Assembly: GCF_006345805.1 (NCBI RefSeq)
Contig: NC_043002.1
Location: forward strand, 94,736,001-94,800,000
Direction: 5' to 3'
Origin: Octopus sinensis
Taxonomy: Eukaryota
DNA length: 64,000 bases
The position numbers were made by a program, and so were the translations under genes. The notes under the pieces were generated by a model. The model saw only the letters and a program-made list of their open reading frames with translations, had not been told where the DNA came from and did no database searches. This document shows positions 1 through 13,031 of this stretch, piece after piece; within the stretch, counting starts at the first letter, position 1, and every line of letters begins with the position of its first letter.

Positions 1-520
1 AAGTCCACAATGTAAAGAGGTACTATAAAAGGAACCCAGATGAGAAGATCTGGAGACAATGATGTAAATAAACAAATAAAACTGCTTGGGTTAGATATAT
101 AAGATATATATACATGTATACAAGTAAATATAGAGAAAGCTGAGACTGAAAATATTCAGATGGTGAATATTCGAGTATAAATATATAGATATTTATATAT
201 TAACAGAGCAAACTGACACAGAGTACAAAGACAAAGAAAATTAAAAGGGAGAATGTATGGTGTTACCAGCCTGACAGCAGTTTTAGGAGTCTCCAAGTTA
301 CTTCATAATGTTGGCAGATGTAGTTTTCAAAAATATGCTACTAGTAATGAAAGCAAATAAATGTTGGGTGGACTCACCTTCTTTAGGCTGGATATATGTG
401 GGTGTGTGTGTGTGTGTGTACATGCATGTATTTGTATGTGTTTATGTACAGATATATACATATATATATAGATACATACATGCACGCACAAACACACACA
501 CATATATATATGTATATATA

Positions 521-920
521 TCTTTATATATAAAAGTCAAGTTGTGTGTCTGTCTCCTACGATTTAGATTCCTAACTACTCCCACATTTTGCGGTGCAGT
601 TTAACCAAAACCGGGTATCTTATAGACGTGATCCATATCGAGTCCTTCTGGGTATTAGCGCGCGTCTACGATGAGTCTACGATTTAAAAAAAAAATTTAC
701 CATCCTTTTTTCCCATTTTAATGCATTTTTTCGCTATTATATAAAGGAAGTAACTCTCTAAAAATGTCTACGATGTGTCAACGATTTTAAAAAAAATTTA
801 CCATAATTTTTTTTCCATTTTTAATGCATTTTTTTTGCTATTTTTTGGCTATAACTCTCTAAAAATGCTTATATAGTTATTTCCCTTACAAACACGAGCA
901 ACGCCGGGCGATACTGCTAG
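521..920 (+). mobile_element. Non-autonomous Helitron-like element, copy 1
   Basis: Starts A|TCTTTATATATAAAA and ends GAGCAACGCCGGGCGATACTGCTAG|T: 5' TC, GC-rich subterminal hairpin, 3' CTAG, inserted between A and T with no TSD. Contains an internal tandem duplication. Homologous to 42916-43424. Confidence 0.8.
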
Positions 921-2047
921 TATATATATATGAATGTAGGTATACATATATACATAAATGCTGAATGACAAGAATGAGTGCTAAACACCACATTGATGGA
1001 TAGAATTTCTTTATTTGTGTATTAAGGCTGTGTGTCTGTGCACGTGTGTGTGTGTGTGTGTGTGATTTATTTCTCTGCCTCAATAACACATTAAATAATG
1101 AGGCTTAAATGCTTGACTACCAAACCACATGCCCGTGAATTGAAACCTTACTTTTGATATTAATGCATGTTCACAAGTCAATAAATTCATCTCTGTTGTA
1201 CAAAGAAAACACTTGCTCAAGGTGCCATGCAAGCAGTGGGAACCAACCCCCAACCACGTGGTTGTGAAATATAGTTGTAAACTACAGATAACTAAGTCTA
1301 ACTAGGTCTGCAATAACAATTAGTGCAGTGCTGTACAGTACAACAATTTCGTATTTCTATCAAAAATCTCAACATCATTGTTTCGCTTAACATGTATTGA
1401 ATACAACAGTAAAAAAAAAAATAATAAATAAACAAATAAACAAATAAATAAAGCTATTATATATCATTAATATTTAACCATGGAGAAATTGTTTTACTTT
1501 TTTTTTAACATTTCTTGGAAGTTAATATTATCTTGGAAACCGCAACAAATGAATTTCATGGCTAAAAGCAATCTTCACACATTTACGAGTATTTCTATTT
1601 ATCCATAGCATCATAAATGCTTGCAAAATGATCTTCCATGGATGTTATTAGATGTAACAGGTATTTTTAGTGAAGAGATATTGAAAGTGACGGGGGAGAG
1701 AGGTGAACAGTTTTCTGTCTACACGTCTTCACAAATGGAGCGATATATTTCTCATTGATATCTGACTATTCTTCATTTCGAGTGAAAGGAAAATAAAGGT
1801 ATTTTTAGGTTGTCTTTCTACTGCAAATTACTTTCTGGAAATCTAGGAAGTAACGACATCAGTGCTTTGGTTTGGTTATACAAAAAGACAATTGGAATAG
1901 TATAAATAAGTGTATGCATACACACAAACATACACTTATTCACATGTACACATATGCCCACACACACACACCACACACACACACACACAAGTATGTGAAC
2001 ACATATATTCATACATATACACATACACACACGTATATATATATATA

Positions 2048-2097
<50 letters not shown>

Positions 2098-2467
2098 TAC
2101 ATATATATACACACACACATGCATACGTACTCCCATGCACAGACAAATATACATTTGTACCCATATAACAACAGGCATTTGCACACACACACACACACAC
2201 ACCAACACGCATAAAATCATACATACACAGAAACATACACATACACACATACATATATGTACACAAACATACACACACATATGCACCATTCAAACACACA
2301 TATGCTCTAAAACACACACACACACACACATACACACACACACACACAAACAAACAAGCAAACAAATACCCATGCCTCTTATAAGCAGACACCAATATAA
2401 ACTCATAAACATGTGTTTCATATCTCTGAATATAAACAGAGAAAAGCAAAGATAGACAAATATATGC

Positions 2468-2533
2468 ACCACTACCACCAAGAACAACAACAACAACGCC
2501 AACACCACAATCACAATCATCACCACCATCATT

Positions 2534-2581
<48 letters not shown>

Positions 2582-2826
2582 GTTGTGATCATCACCATTG
2601 CCACCACCACCACCACCAACAACAACAACAATAATACCACAACCGTGACTACTACAACAAGCAAAACAACTACCACTACCATCAACCTTACCATCATCAT
2701 CGTCGTGGTCATTGTCACCACTGTTGTAGTCGTCGTCGTCATCATCATCATCATCATCATCATCGGCAGCAGCAGCATTGTCATCGTCATCGTCTACATT
2801 ATACAAACATCATATATCATTCTGAG

Positions 2827-2857
<31 letters not shown>

Positions 2858-2900
2858 TTGGTGTACATTATACAGACATCTTCATCCAAATCATAATCAT
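2468..2900. repeat. Compound trinucleotide microsatellite (CAT/CAA/CAC)
   Basis: Directly visible; explains the poly-H/D/M/I ORFs. Confidence 0.95.
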
Positions 2901-3130
2901 CCTCACCATCATGATGGTTGTGCATTATACAAATATTGAATTACTGATACAACAGATATTTTTCATCTTATCCTTCAGTGGATAAATCAGATCTAATGCT
3001 AATATTTTTGCATTGGTTCCTTATTAGAATTTTAAATAATGATCAGATTATTAATTGTATCTTTTGTATTTATATCTTTTATCTTTTATTTTTTACTCAG
3101 TCATTAGACTGTAACCATGCTGGGGCATAT

Positions 3131-3830
3131 CATCATCATCGTTTAACGTCCGCTTTCCATAATAGCATGGTTTCAACGATATGACTGAGGACTGGCAAAC
3201 CAGATGGCTGTACCAGGCTCCAATCTGATCTGGCAGAGTTTCTGCAGCTGGATGCCCTTCCTAACGCCAACCACTCTGAGAGTGTTGTGGGTGCTTTTAC
3301 GTGCCACTGGCATGAGGGCCAGTCAGGTGGTACTTGCAACGGCCATGCTCAAGTGGTGTTTTTTTATGTGCCACCTGCACAGGAGTCAAGCCAGCAGCAC
3401 TGACAACCACCTCGCTCGAATGTTTTTCACGTGCCACAGACACAAGTGCCAGTAAGGTGACGCTAGTAACAATCACGTTTGGATGGTGCTTTTTACATGC
3501 CACTGGCAGGGAAGCCAGTCAGCTGCTCTGGCAGCAATCATGCTTGGATGGTGCTCTTAGCGCTCCACTGGCATGGGTGCCAGTCATGGAATTTGCGAAT
3601 TTGATTTGATTTCGATTTCACTTGCCTCAACAGGTCTTTGCAAGCAGAGTTTAGTGTCCACTGAAAGAAAGGTACACATAAGTGGGCTGGTTACACCCCT
3701 GGCATAGGCCATGGGTTATGGTCTCACTTGGCTTGCCAGGTTTTCTCATGCACTGCATATTTCCAAAGGTCTCAGTCACTAGTCATTGCCTCAGTGAGGC
3801 CTAATGTTCGAAGGTCGTGCTTCACCACCC
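3131..3830 (-). mobile_element. RTE-clade LINE 3' end (ORF C-terminus, 3' UTR, (GAT)n tail)
   Basis: Minus strand reads VVKHDLRTLGLTEAMTSD*DLWKYAVHEK, then the same UTR and tail as 51085-52005. Confidence 0.8.
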
Positions 3831-3882
3831 CAGCCCATGTCTTCTATATCCTCAAGATTGCTCGAATCCAGCGAGTGCCAGG

Positions 3883-5347
3883 AACAAACGGCAAACAGGA
3901 AAAAAATAAAATACATGGATCATTCGTAGCCTATTTCCTCTTCAGTCAGTGTCTGGAAAGTCCTTGCAATTTCGCACTCCTTTAACCCCACAACTGCTCG
4001 AACCCAGCAAGGACTAGGGACTTCAGCTAAAAGCATTAAACCTCTGAGAAAGGCAAATGAATGTGACAAGAACAAAAACAAGGACGGAAATAAAAAACAA
4101 AAAGCTAGAATTATACATGTACAAGAGAACACCTTTTGGCGAAACAACAGAAGGAAAACAATTGTACAGTTACGAATATAAATAAATGAATAAGAGAAAG
4201 GGTCTTTTGACTAGTTGATGAATGTAACATTATGAAATAATAATGCAAATGCAATGTTAAAAGAATTATACATATACAATAGACAAATGCCTTGCAGCTA
4301 TTCAACAAAAGGCAAATAACAGGGGAATTCAAGACAATAACAGAGGAATATAACATAAATAAATAACAAAAAGGGTTTTTCAACTATCAGACGAATGTAG
4401 TAAGCTGGTGCAAAGAAAAATGGGAAAAAATCTTAACAGACCGGGCAGGAGAACAGACGGACGTGACCAGCTGGTCAAAAAAGTACGACAATGCCTTAAC
4501 TGGACAGCAATCACGTTGTAGGAGAGGGAAAGAGTTGAAGAGGGCAAAGGGACTAAAGAATGAGGTGGGGAAGAGAGAGGGAGGCAGAGAGAGAGAAAAA
4601 TGGTACAGGGGGACAAACGAGGAAGGAACACAAAGGGATTAAAGAATAAGGAGGAGGAAGGGATTAAGGAATATGAGAGAGAGAAAATGAAATCAGAGGG
4701 AGTGAGGAACGAGGTGGAAGGGAAGAGAAGGGGAGACCTTTTGTTGTATAGCTAAAAGGCGTTCGTCCATGGTATATGTATTATTCTTTTCTTCTTGCAC
4801 TTGCATTATTATTTCAGAACATTATGCTCATCTGATAGTTCAAAGACCCTTTCTGTTATTTATTCATTTGTATTTGTAAATGTATAATTGTTTCCCTTCT
4901 GTTGAATAGTCGAAAAGCATTCTGTTGCATGTGTATAATTCTAGCTTTCTCGTTTTTGTTTCCATTCTTGTATACATTCGTTTGCCTTTCTCAGAGGTTT
5001 AACCCTTTCGTTACCAACCCGGCTGAAACCGGCTCTGGCTCTGAGTCCCAATGTTTTGCTTTCAAAAGTTCAGAATTAAAATCTTCCACCAAACCTTAAT
5101 CACAATTTATGTTCCTAACACTAGCTGAATAATAACTAAGTTATTTTACAAAATTCTTTGTTATCTTTAAAATTAATTGAAAGAAACACAGAGCATCTCA
5201 AAATAAATACAGTAATGAAAGGGTTAACCCTTTTAGCTGAAGTCCCTGGCACCTGCTGGATTTAAGCAGTCATGGGGTTAAAGGAGTGCGAGGAAATAGG
5301 TTGCAAATGATCCATGTACTTTATTTTTGTCCTGTTTGCCGTTTGTT
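3883..5347. repeat. Old diverged long inverted repeat (arms about 3883-4311 and 4737-5347, purine-rich spacer)
   Basis: For example AACAAACGGCAAACAGGA...TACATGGATCAT and AGGGACTTCAGCTAAAA...AAACCTCTGAGAAAGGCAAA recur as reverse complements. The right arm is interrupted by a TTAA MITE. Confidence 0.75.
5003..5223 (+). mobile_element. piggyBac-type MITE, family A
   Basis: TTAA|CCCTTT...AAAGGG|TTAA; second copy at 42534-42755. Confidence 0.85.
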
Positions 5348-5474
5348 ATGTTATTGTCTGTCTTTCTGCATGTTGTATTTTCTTGATTTCTGCTTGTAGT
5401 GTTCTTTCTGTCCCACCTTTGATTTATCCATGTGGCACACCATACAACATGTTGTTTACTTTGTTATATATATC

Positions 5475-5785
5475 ACCGTGATCACCGTAACCGACCAGGC
5501 TATCAGATGTTGCTACACATCGCTGGTCACAATGCGCTTCGCATTGTTTTAGCCTTCAAATGACGCCACCCTGCTGGCTAAGCAAGCAGGCCAACAGAAG
5601 AAAGAGGGAGAGGAAGTTGTGGCGAAAGAGTACAGCAGGGATCGCCATTACCCCCTGCCAGAGCCTCAGTGGGACTTTAGATGTTTTCACTCAATAAACA
5701 CTCACAACGCCCAGTCTGGGAATTGAAACCGCGATCCTACAACAGCAACTCCGCTGCCCTAACCACTGGGCCACTGCGCCTCCAC
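5475..5785 (-). mobile_element. tRNA(Arg)-like-headed SINE (family 2)
   Basis: Reverse complement of the GGAGGCGCA..GGCCCAGTGGTTAGGGCAGCGG...TTTCAATTCCCAG head; body shared with 37565 and 52109. Confidence 0.75.
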
Positions 5786-5842
<57 letters not shown>

Positions 5843-5951
5843 GTATATATGTATGTATGTATATAGATAGTTTATGTATGTGTATTTATATGTATATCTA
5901 TCTATCTATCAATTTATCTATCTATCTATATATATATATATATATATATAT

Positions 5952-6070
5952 ATCTGTAAAATAATATGTGACAATTATTCAATAGCCAAGATAAAACTCT
6001 GAGTTTTGGATGCCGTGGTGGAAATCCACAACACCATCTCTTCGGTTATCTGGCCATCTTACCGTTTTTA

Positions 6071-6073
<3 letters not shown>
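5952..6073. mobile_element. (TA)n-flanked fold-back family B, minimal copy
   Basis: Antisense arm matches 43580-43680, then switches at ATCT into the last ~18 bp of the sense end (TACCGTTTTTACCA). Flanked by (TA)n on both sides. Confidence 0.7.
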
Positions 6074-6133
<60 letters not shown>

Positions 6134-6772
6134 TATATATGTATATATATATATATGTATTATATATATATGTATATATGTATATATATATGTATATATG
6201 TATATTATATATATGTACATATGTATATATATATATATATATATATATGTACATATATATGTGTGGATGTATGTATTTATATTTATATACATATATATGT
6301 ATATGATGGGCTTCTTTCAGTTTCCATCTACCAAATCCACACACAAGACTTTGGTCAGCCCAAGCCTAAAATAGAACGCAGAATCATGTGGTTGGGAAGC
6401 AAACTTCTTACCACGTAACCACACCTGTTTACACCTGTGCCTCTTTTCTGTCTTATAGTTTAATTTCAGGATTTATTTCAGATTTGATATTGTCATGCAC
6501 CAGATAGGCTTCATCATCTGCTGGATATAGAAAGCAATTCATGAACAACTCTTTGGCAACCTCCCCATTTTAGGACGACACATGGAGTTGCCTGACCACT
6601 GGACAAGTTATTGTCTGCAAACAAACTTATGAGGTTATGAAGTGAAGATATTCTCGCGATATTAGTGTCAAGATACTGTCAGAGGACAATGTTTGTGCCA
6701 TCACTAACGGTGAACTTAGGACACCGGTACGGGAGATGTGGTGTGTCTTTCATTCGAGTCTGACACAAGTGT

Positions 6773-7112
6773 ATGTTGTTGTCAGTAGATGATGATGACG
6801 ATAATGATGATGATGATGATGATGATGATGATAGTGATGACAATGATGATGACAACGACAACAAAAATGATGACAATGATAATGATGATGATGATAAGGA
6901 TGGTGATGATGACGACAACAACAACAATGATGATGATAGCAACAGCAATAAGGATGTTGATGATGATGACAAAGATGACAATGACAATGTTGACAAAAAT
7001 GATCTCACTGATGAGGATGACAATAGAGAAGATGATGATGATGACGACGACGATAATGATGGTAATAACAATGACGATGATGATGACAACAAAGATGACA
7101 ATGATGATAGTA

Positions 7113-7144
<32 letters not shown>

Positions 7145-7225
7145 AACAAAGACAATGATGACAATGCTGACAAAGAAGATGACAATGATGAGGAGGATAA
7201 TGGCAAAGATGATGATGATCATCAT
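6773..7225. repeat. Long degenerate (GAT/GAC/AAC)n array
   Basis: Directly visible; source of the poly-D/M/S ORFs. Confidence 0.95.
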
Positions 7226-7345
7226 GATTATAGGGCAGAATTCAAGTATAGTTATTACAAAATATACCACACTTGGTTTGCAATATAGAAGTTTAAAACG
7301 TTGAAATTTTATAAATTTCAATGAAGCTTGGTGGAGTCATTCGTA

Positions 7346-9108
7346 TGAGAGGGTACCCAAAAGAAACCAGAATTTTGCAATATATATTATTCACTTAATT
7401 ATACATGTTTACACTTTTATCGCCTTCAAGATATCCTCCATGTGAAGCAATGCATCGGTCCAGATGTGTCTTCCATTGTTTGAAGCAGTCCTGAAACTCT
7501 TGCAAAGTGATGCCTTTTAATACCTCTATCGCATTTTTTTCACCTCTTCTACATCTGCTAAACGTTTTCTTTTAAGGAATTTTTTCATTCAGAAGAACAG
7601 AAAAAGAGTTGCAGGGAACAAGAACAGGCAAAATCAGGTGGGTAAGCAAGGTCATGCTATTTTTGACAAAAACTGTCTCACACTCAAGGCAGGGTGTGGA
7701 GGTGCATTGTCATGATAAAACCACCCATCTCCACTTTGCCGCAGGTCAGAGCGTTTTTGTCTCACCACATCTCACAAACACTTCAAACAATGGATCTTTT
7801 CGGTTTGAACGGCAGTTTTTTCTAGCGGTGTCATATGAAATTGTCACCCATAATTATGACCCTAATATCGATCTATTGTATTTCAATCTGTTTTAGGGTT
7901 AGAGTTAGTTAAGGTTAGGGTTAGGGTTAGGGGTGGGGGGAAGGGTATCTTTTTTCTTCACAAATGTAAATAAACCCAATCTGTTTCTTAAACGAGGGAC
8001 ATATTCATATGGTACAGAATGTTTTTTTTACCTCAACAGACGTCAGAGATTGGTTGAAATTGCAGAAATTGAAGAAAAAAGAACAACAACAAATATCTTA
8101 CAAACTATAGAATTTTCTCAATAAAGCCAAGAGAAAAAAGATGTTTTATAAACACATTCTATCAGTATACGAAGTTTAAAATTTTTTAGTTACCTAGAAA
8201 TTATGTTAAAAATTGCCGTTCAAACCGAAAAGATCCCAAACAACTGTCAAGTAAAACCTGGTTAACAGTTTGATCAGGAGGAACAAATTCTGTGTGGACA
8301 ATTCTTTTTGCATTGATGAAACGAATAAGCATCGTTTTGACATTGGACTTCACTTGATGTGTTTTTGGAGGGCATGGTTACATTGAATGCTTCCATTAAC
8401 TTCATTACTGCTTTGTTTCTGGGTCATAGCCATAGCACCAGCTTTTGTCACCAGTGATGGCCTTTGGGAAAAGGTTCAGATCAATTTCTAACTGTTCTTT
8501 CAGTTCGCAACATGCATTCAGTCATGACAGCTTTTGATCTTTCATGAGCAAGCAAGCACAAATTTAGCTGTAACTCTTTTCATTTGCAATTCCTCACTCA
8601 AAATTCCTTGGCAGGAGCTCCTGGACGCACCAGTCATATCAGCAAGTTTGTCAATTGTTCAGTGATGGTCCTCCAAGATCAGTTCCTGAATTTTCGTGTT
8701 CTCATTCGTTTGGGAGGTTGACAGTCATTCTGAATGAGGCTGGTCTTCAAGTGACAAGTGACCATTCCTAAAGCGTGAACACCTCTCATAAACTTGTGCT
8801 TTGCTTATTGCAGCATCCTTATAAGCTGATTCAAACATGACAACTGCTTCAGCTGCCATTCTCCTCAGCAGAAAACAAAATTTCATTGAAGCATATTCCT
8901 TTGTTTCAGCCGTCACAAAAATTGACAAACAGGGAAGAAGCACTGCAAAACAAAGATATACCATGTGGCAGTACAACTTCACTCAATGATGCCGGTTGGC
9001 AGAGTGATGCCTGAGGGTTACATCAAGTGGCTTCTAGTGGTGGAAGCTCGAACATCAATGAGCTTGTCCTACAGAGAACGTTTGCAATTACTTTTGGGTA
9101 CCCCCTCG
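7346..9108 (-). mobile_element. Full-length decayed mariner transposon (irritans/mellifera-like), interrupted by a MITE
   Basis: TA|TGAGAGGGTACCCAAAAG ... CTTTTGGGTACCCCCTCG|TA TIRs. Transposase remnants on the minus strand: MKFCFLL...ISKAQVYERCSRFRNGHLSLEDQPHS, ITGDKSWCYGYDPETKQ, YHDNAPPH, with many stops and frameshifts. Confidence 0.9.
7791..8237 (+). mobile_element. GGGATC-ended MITE with internal TTAGGG repeats, copy 1
   Basis: TIR GGATCTTTTCGGTTTGAACGGCA / TGCCGTTCAAACCGAAAAGATCC; 6-bp TSD AAACAA. Confidence 0.9.
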
Positions 9109-9507
9109 TATGTAGATATAACTAGAGCAGCTGAAGACTAACTAAATGCATATATTTTTTGCCTTCATCATCACCATCATCATCATCATCATCATCATCA
9201 TTATCATCATCACCACCACCATCATCAATTGTTGTTATTGTCGTCACCATCACCAATGCCACCGTTATCCACTTTTCTATGCTTGCGTGATTCAAATATA
9301 TTTCATTGAGGTACATTTCCAGTGACAGGATGCTTTCCCTGTCGCTAACCCTTATATGTTTTCAAGCAAAGTAAATATTTCCCTTGCCCTTCGAACATGA
9401 ACAGCATGAAAGCCAAACATGTTTTTACAGAAGACTGAAAGATTGAAAATTAACAGTACTGCTTATATGATGGTGCCATTTACAATCAGCACATGAACAC
9501 ATGCACA

Positions 9508-9549
<42 letters not shown>

Positions 9550-9867
9550 TACAAATATATATACATATATATATTAACCCCACCACTCTGTATATGTATG
9601 TATGTATGTGTGTATATATATATATATTTTTTTTTTTCATTTCATCTAGTTTCAGCTTACGAGCTGTGGCCATGCTGGGGTTCCAGAATCATCTTGAGGC
9701 TATGGTAGAAGCTCAGGGCAGTGATTTTGAGTAAATTGTTATCTCCCAGCCGTAATCTAGTTGGTATTTTTTTTATATTTTAAAATCCTTTTGTTTTTGG
9801 ATGGGATGCTGCATTTTTTTTGTTTTTTAAGCAAGTTGTCAAATTTAGCCCAAATATGCTCTGTATT

Positions 9868-10160
9868 TATGTATGTATGTATGTATGTATGTATGTATGT
9901 ATGTATGTATGTATGTGTATGTATGTATGTATGTCTATGTGTATGCTTGTATGTGTATGTATGTGTGTATGGATGTATGTCTATGTGTATGCTTGTATGT
10001 GTATGTATGTGTGTATGGATGTATGTCTATGTGTATGCTTGTATGTGTATGTATGTATGTCTATGTGTATGCTTGTATGTGTGTATGTATGTATGTATGT
10101 CTATGTGTATGCTTGTATGTAAATGTATGTGTGTATGTATGTGTGTATGTATGTATGAGC
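9868..10160. repeat. (ATGT)n-derived array with higher-order units (GTATGTCTATGTGTATGCTT...)
   Basis: Directly visible. Confidence 0.9.
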
Positions 10161-10369
10161 TTCTTTCAGGTTCTGTCTAGCAAACCTACATATAAGGCTG
10201 ATCCTAAAACTACATGGCTACAAGTGCAAACCTCTTACCCACACTGCATGCCTGCATTTGTGTGTGTGTGTGTATGTGTGTGTGTGTGTGAGAGAGAGAG
10301 AGAGCATACATGCACACACACGCATGTGTGTATGTCAATCAAAATTCAATGAAAATTTGAATAGAGAGT

Positions 10370-10370
<1 letters not shown>

Positions 10371-10404
<34 letters not shown>

Positions 10405-10652
10405 TGTTCAACATCCGCTTTCCATGCTAGCATGGGTTGGACAATTTGACTGATGTCTGACGAATCAGATGGCTGCATCAGACTCCAATCTAATCTAGCA
10501 GAGTTTCTACAGCTGGATGTCCTTCCTAATGCAAACCACTCCGAGAGTGTCGTGGGTGCTTTTATGTGCCACCGGCACGAGGGCCAGTCAAGCAGTACTG
10601 GCAACAGCCATGCTCAAATGGTGCTTTTTATGTGCCACCTGCACAGGAGCCA
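10371..10652 (-). mobile_element. RTE 3' UTR fragment with (GAT)n tail
   Basis: Homologous to 51700-52005. Confidence 0.75.
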
Positions 10653-11500
10653 ATAATCTAATGAAGGTTTATAGCAAAATAGCATTAGTAAAATGGTATA
10701 ACTCAATCAGCCAGCCTAGAATTATTCTGTTTGACCAGTCAATAAGAATTCACTCATTTCCAAAGGTTTTTTCCTCTGTAACCAGCAACTTGCAAGTTGA
10801 TGGTTACAGGATCACAAAAATTGTTAACCACATCAAGATCATCAGTCACAGAAGGACAAATAAAGTTTTGATAATTAAAATTGATTAATTGAATAGAATA
10901 GCTGGACTGATGTAGTGGGGTGGGGGACAATTAATGACTTGAATTCAATTAGGGAACAAAAACTTAAAATCAGTTGTGAATTCTGTAAAAATGAATTGTA
11001 ATTTCCCTTTTTTAAGAATAAATTGTGATGGAGTGAGATTCCTTGGATTTTATTATTTATTGTTATTTTATGTTACTTTTCTTTCTTTTTTTACTGGTTT
11101 TAGTGATTGATGCTTTGAGAAGGGCGTATAGAAATGCTACCAAAAGATGTTGCTGAAGATGAAGAGAATGAATGGTGGGATGGGTGGAAGGACCATTACC
11201 CTCCTCCTCCCTTCTCTCTCTCTCTCTCTCTCTCTCTTTCAACATTGAAATGGGCAGCTGTAAGGCGGAAATGGTCATTAAGGATATGAAGGCAAGGAAA
11301 ATGGTTAGACCATAAGAGATAATTTCAGAGGCACTGGAAATACTTGGCAAAGAAGACAGGTGCTTGTCAATCTGATAGTCATTGGACTGTGGCCATGCTA
11401 GGGCACTACCTAGAAATACTTGGTGAAAGCTTATAATTCTATTTCCAAACTTTCACTCACCACCATTTTCTAATTCAGCCATACATATATATATATATAT

Positions 11501-11857
11501 TGATGAAAATGGTAAGACAACAAAAGAAAGAAAGAGACCTCGATATTATGTAAATAGAGGGATTTATCTGTAAATGTAATATGTAATAATTATTCAGTAG
11601 CCATGATAAAACTCCGAGTTTCAGATGCCGAGGTGGAAATCCACGCCGCCCCTCACTTAGCAGTCATTCAAATAGTTCTTTTGTCTTAATAACGGTCAAT
11701 CGCACAGCAATTTCTCTTTGTATAACAGTCATTTTTCATAGCATTTTTTCTGATGGCCAGATAACTGAAGAGATAGCGGCGTGGATTTCCACCTCGGCAT
11801 CTGAATCTTGGAGTTTTATCATGGCTACCAAATAATCGTCACATATTACATTTACAG

Positions 11858-11860
<3 letters not shown>
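11501..11860. mobile_element. (TA)n-flanked fold-back family B copy
   Basis: Inverted arms GCCATGATAAAACTCCGAGTTTCAGATGCCGAGGTGGAAATCCACGCCGC / GCGGCGTGGATTTCCACCTCGGCATCTGAATCTTGGAGTTTTATCATGGC; (TA)n on both sides. Confidence 0.8.
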
Positions 11861-11926
<66 letters not shown>

Positions 11927-12290
11927 GTATGTATGCATGTATGTATCTATCTACCTTTATCTGTGTGTGTCTGTAGGTATTTCAGTTTGTTCAGAAAATA
12001 CTGTCCAATTTTTCAAAAATATTTGTTCAAATTCGATTTTAGATGTTATTTTTGTAGTGTTTTAGATGAAATTTATACATGTTTAATAAGTGATATGTAT
12101 GCTTTAATAAATTTCTATTGATTTCTTTCAGAATATAATTTCGAAGCATAAGAATCCTTAATTTCAAACATGAAAAAAGAAGAAATGTGTTTACTTTATT
12201 TGCATGAATTCAAGCTTGGACATAATCCTTCCCAAACAGCTGCCAATATCAAGAGCATGGTGTGAAAGGTCCACTAGTGATTGGATAGTA

Positions 12291-12530
12291 AGGCGGCAAG
12301 CTGGCAGAAACGTTAGCATGCCAGGCGAAATGCTCAGTGGTATTTCGTCTGCCGCTACGTTCTGAGTTCAAATTCCTCTGAGGTCGGCTTTGCCTTTCAT
12401 CCTTTCAGGGTTGATTAAATAAGTACCAGTTACGCACTGGGGTTGATATAATCGACTTAATCCGTTTGTCTGTCCTTGTTTGTACCCACTGTGTGTAGCC
12501 CCTTGTGGGCAGTAATGAGAGAAAAAAAAA
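12291..12530 (+). mobile_element. SINE family 3 with A-rich tail and ~17-bp TSD
   Basis: GGCGGCAAGCTGGCAGAAACG head, GAGTTCAAAT B-box-like motif, GTCGGCTTTGCCTTTCATCC body. TSD CTAGTGATTGGATAGTA (12274-12290) / CTAGTAATTGGACAGTA (12531-12547). Confidence 0.85.
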
Positions 12531-12617
12531 CTAGTAATTGGACAGTACAACAGTGGCTTGAGAAATACCATAGTGGGGATGAGAGCCTTGACGGTCAAGA
12601 ATGTAGAGGATGTCCAT

Positions 12618-13031
12618 CGAATCTTTTCGGTTTGAACGGCAGTTTTTAACATAATTTCTAGGTAATTAAAAAATTTTAAACTTCATATACTGGTAGAATG
12701 TGCTTATAAAACATCTTTTTCTCTTGGCTTTATTGAGAAAATTCTATAGTTTGTAAGATATTTGTTGTTTTTTTTCTTCAATTTCTGCAATTTCAACCAA
12801 TCACTGACGTCTATTGAGGTAAACAACATTCTGTGCCGTATGAATATGTCCCTCATTTAAGAAACAGATAGGTTTTATTTACATTTGTGAAGGAAAAAAA
12901 GATACCCTTCCCCCCACCCCTAACCCTAAAACAGATTGAAATGCAATAGATCGATACTAGGGTCATGATTATGGGTGACGATTTCATATGACACTGCTAG
13001 AAAAAACTGCCGGTCAAACCGAAAAGATCTC
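12618..13031 (-). mobile_element. GGGATC-ended TTAGGG MITE, copy 2
   Basis: Same TIR and body in reverse orientation; 6-bp TSD GTCCAT. Confidence 0.9.

Noticed and set aside
378-387. Possible 10-nt micro-exon on the minus strand (CAG|CCTAAAGAAG|GTGAGT)
   Set aside because: Splice-like dinucleotides alone are common, and there is no polypyrimidine tract or partner exon.
4200-4845. Hammerhead-like words (TTGATGA/CAGATGA...GAAAT) in the arms of the old inverted repeat
   Set aside because: The core is mutated differently in each arm and no convincing stem I or cleavage triplet can be built.
7895-7945. TTAGGG runs as evidence of a telomere or chromosome fusion
   Set aside because: All runs are short and lie at the same position inside the six MITE copies.
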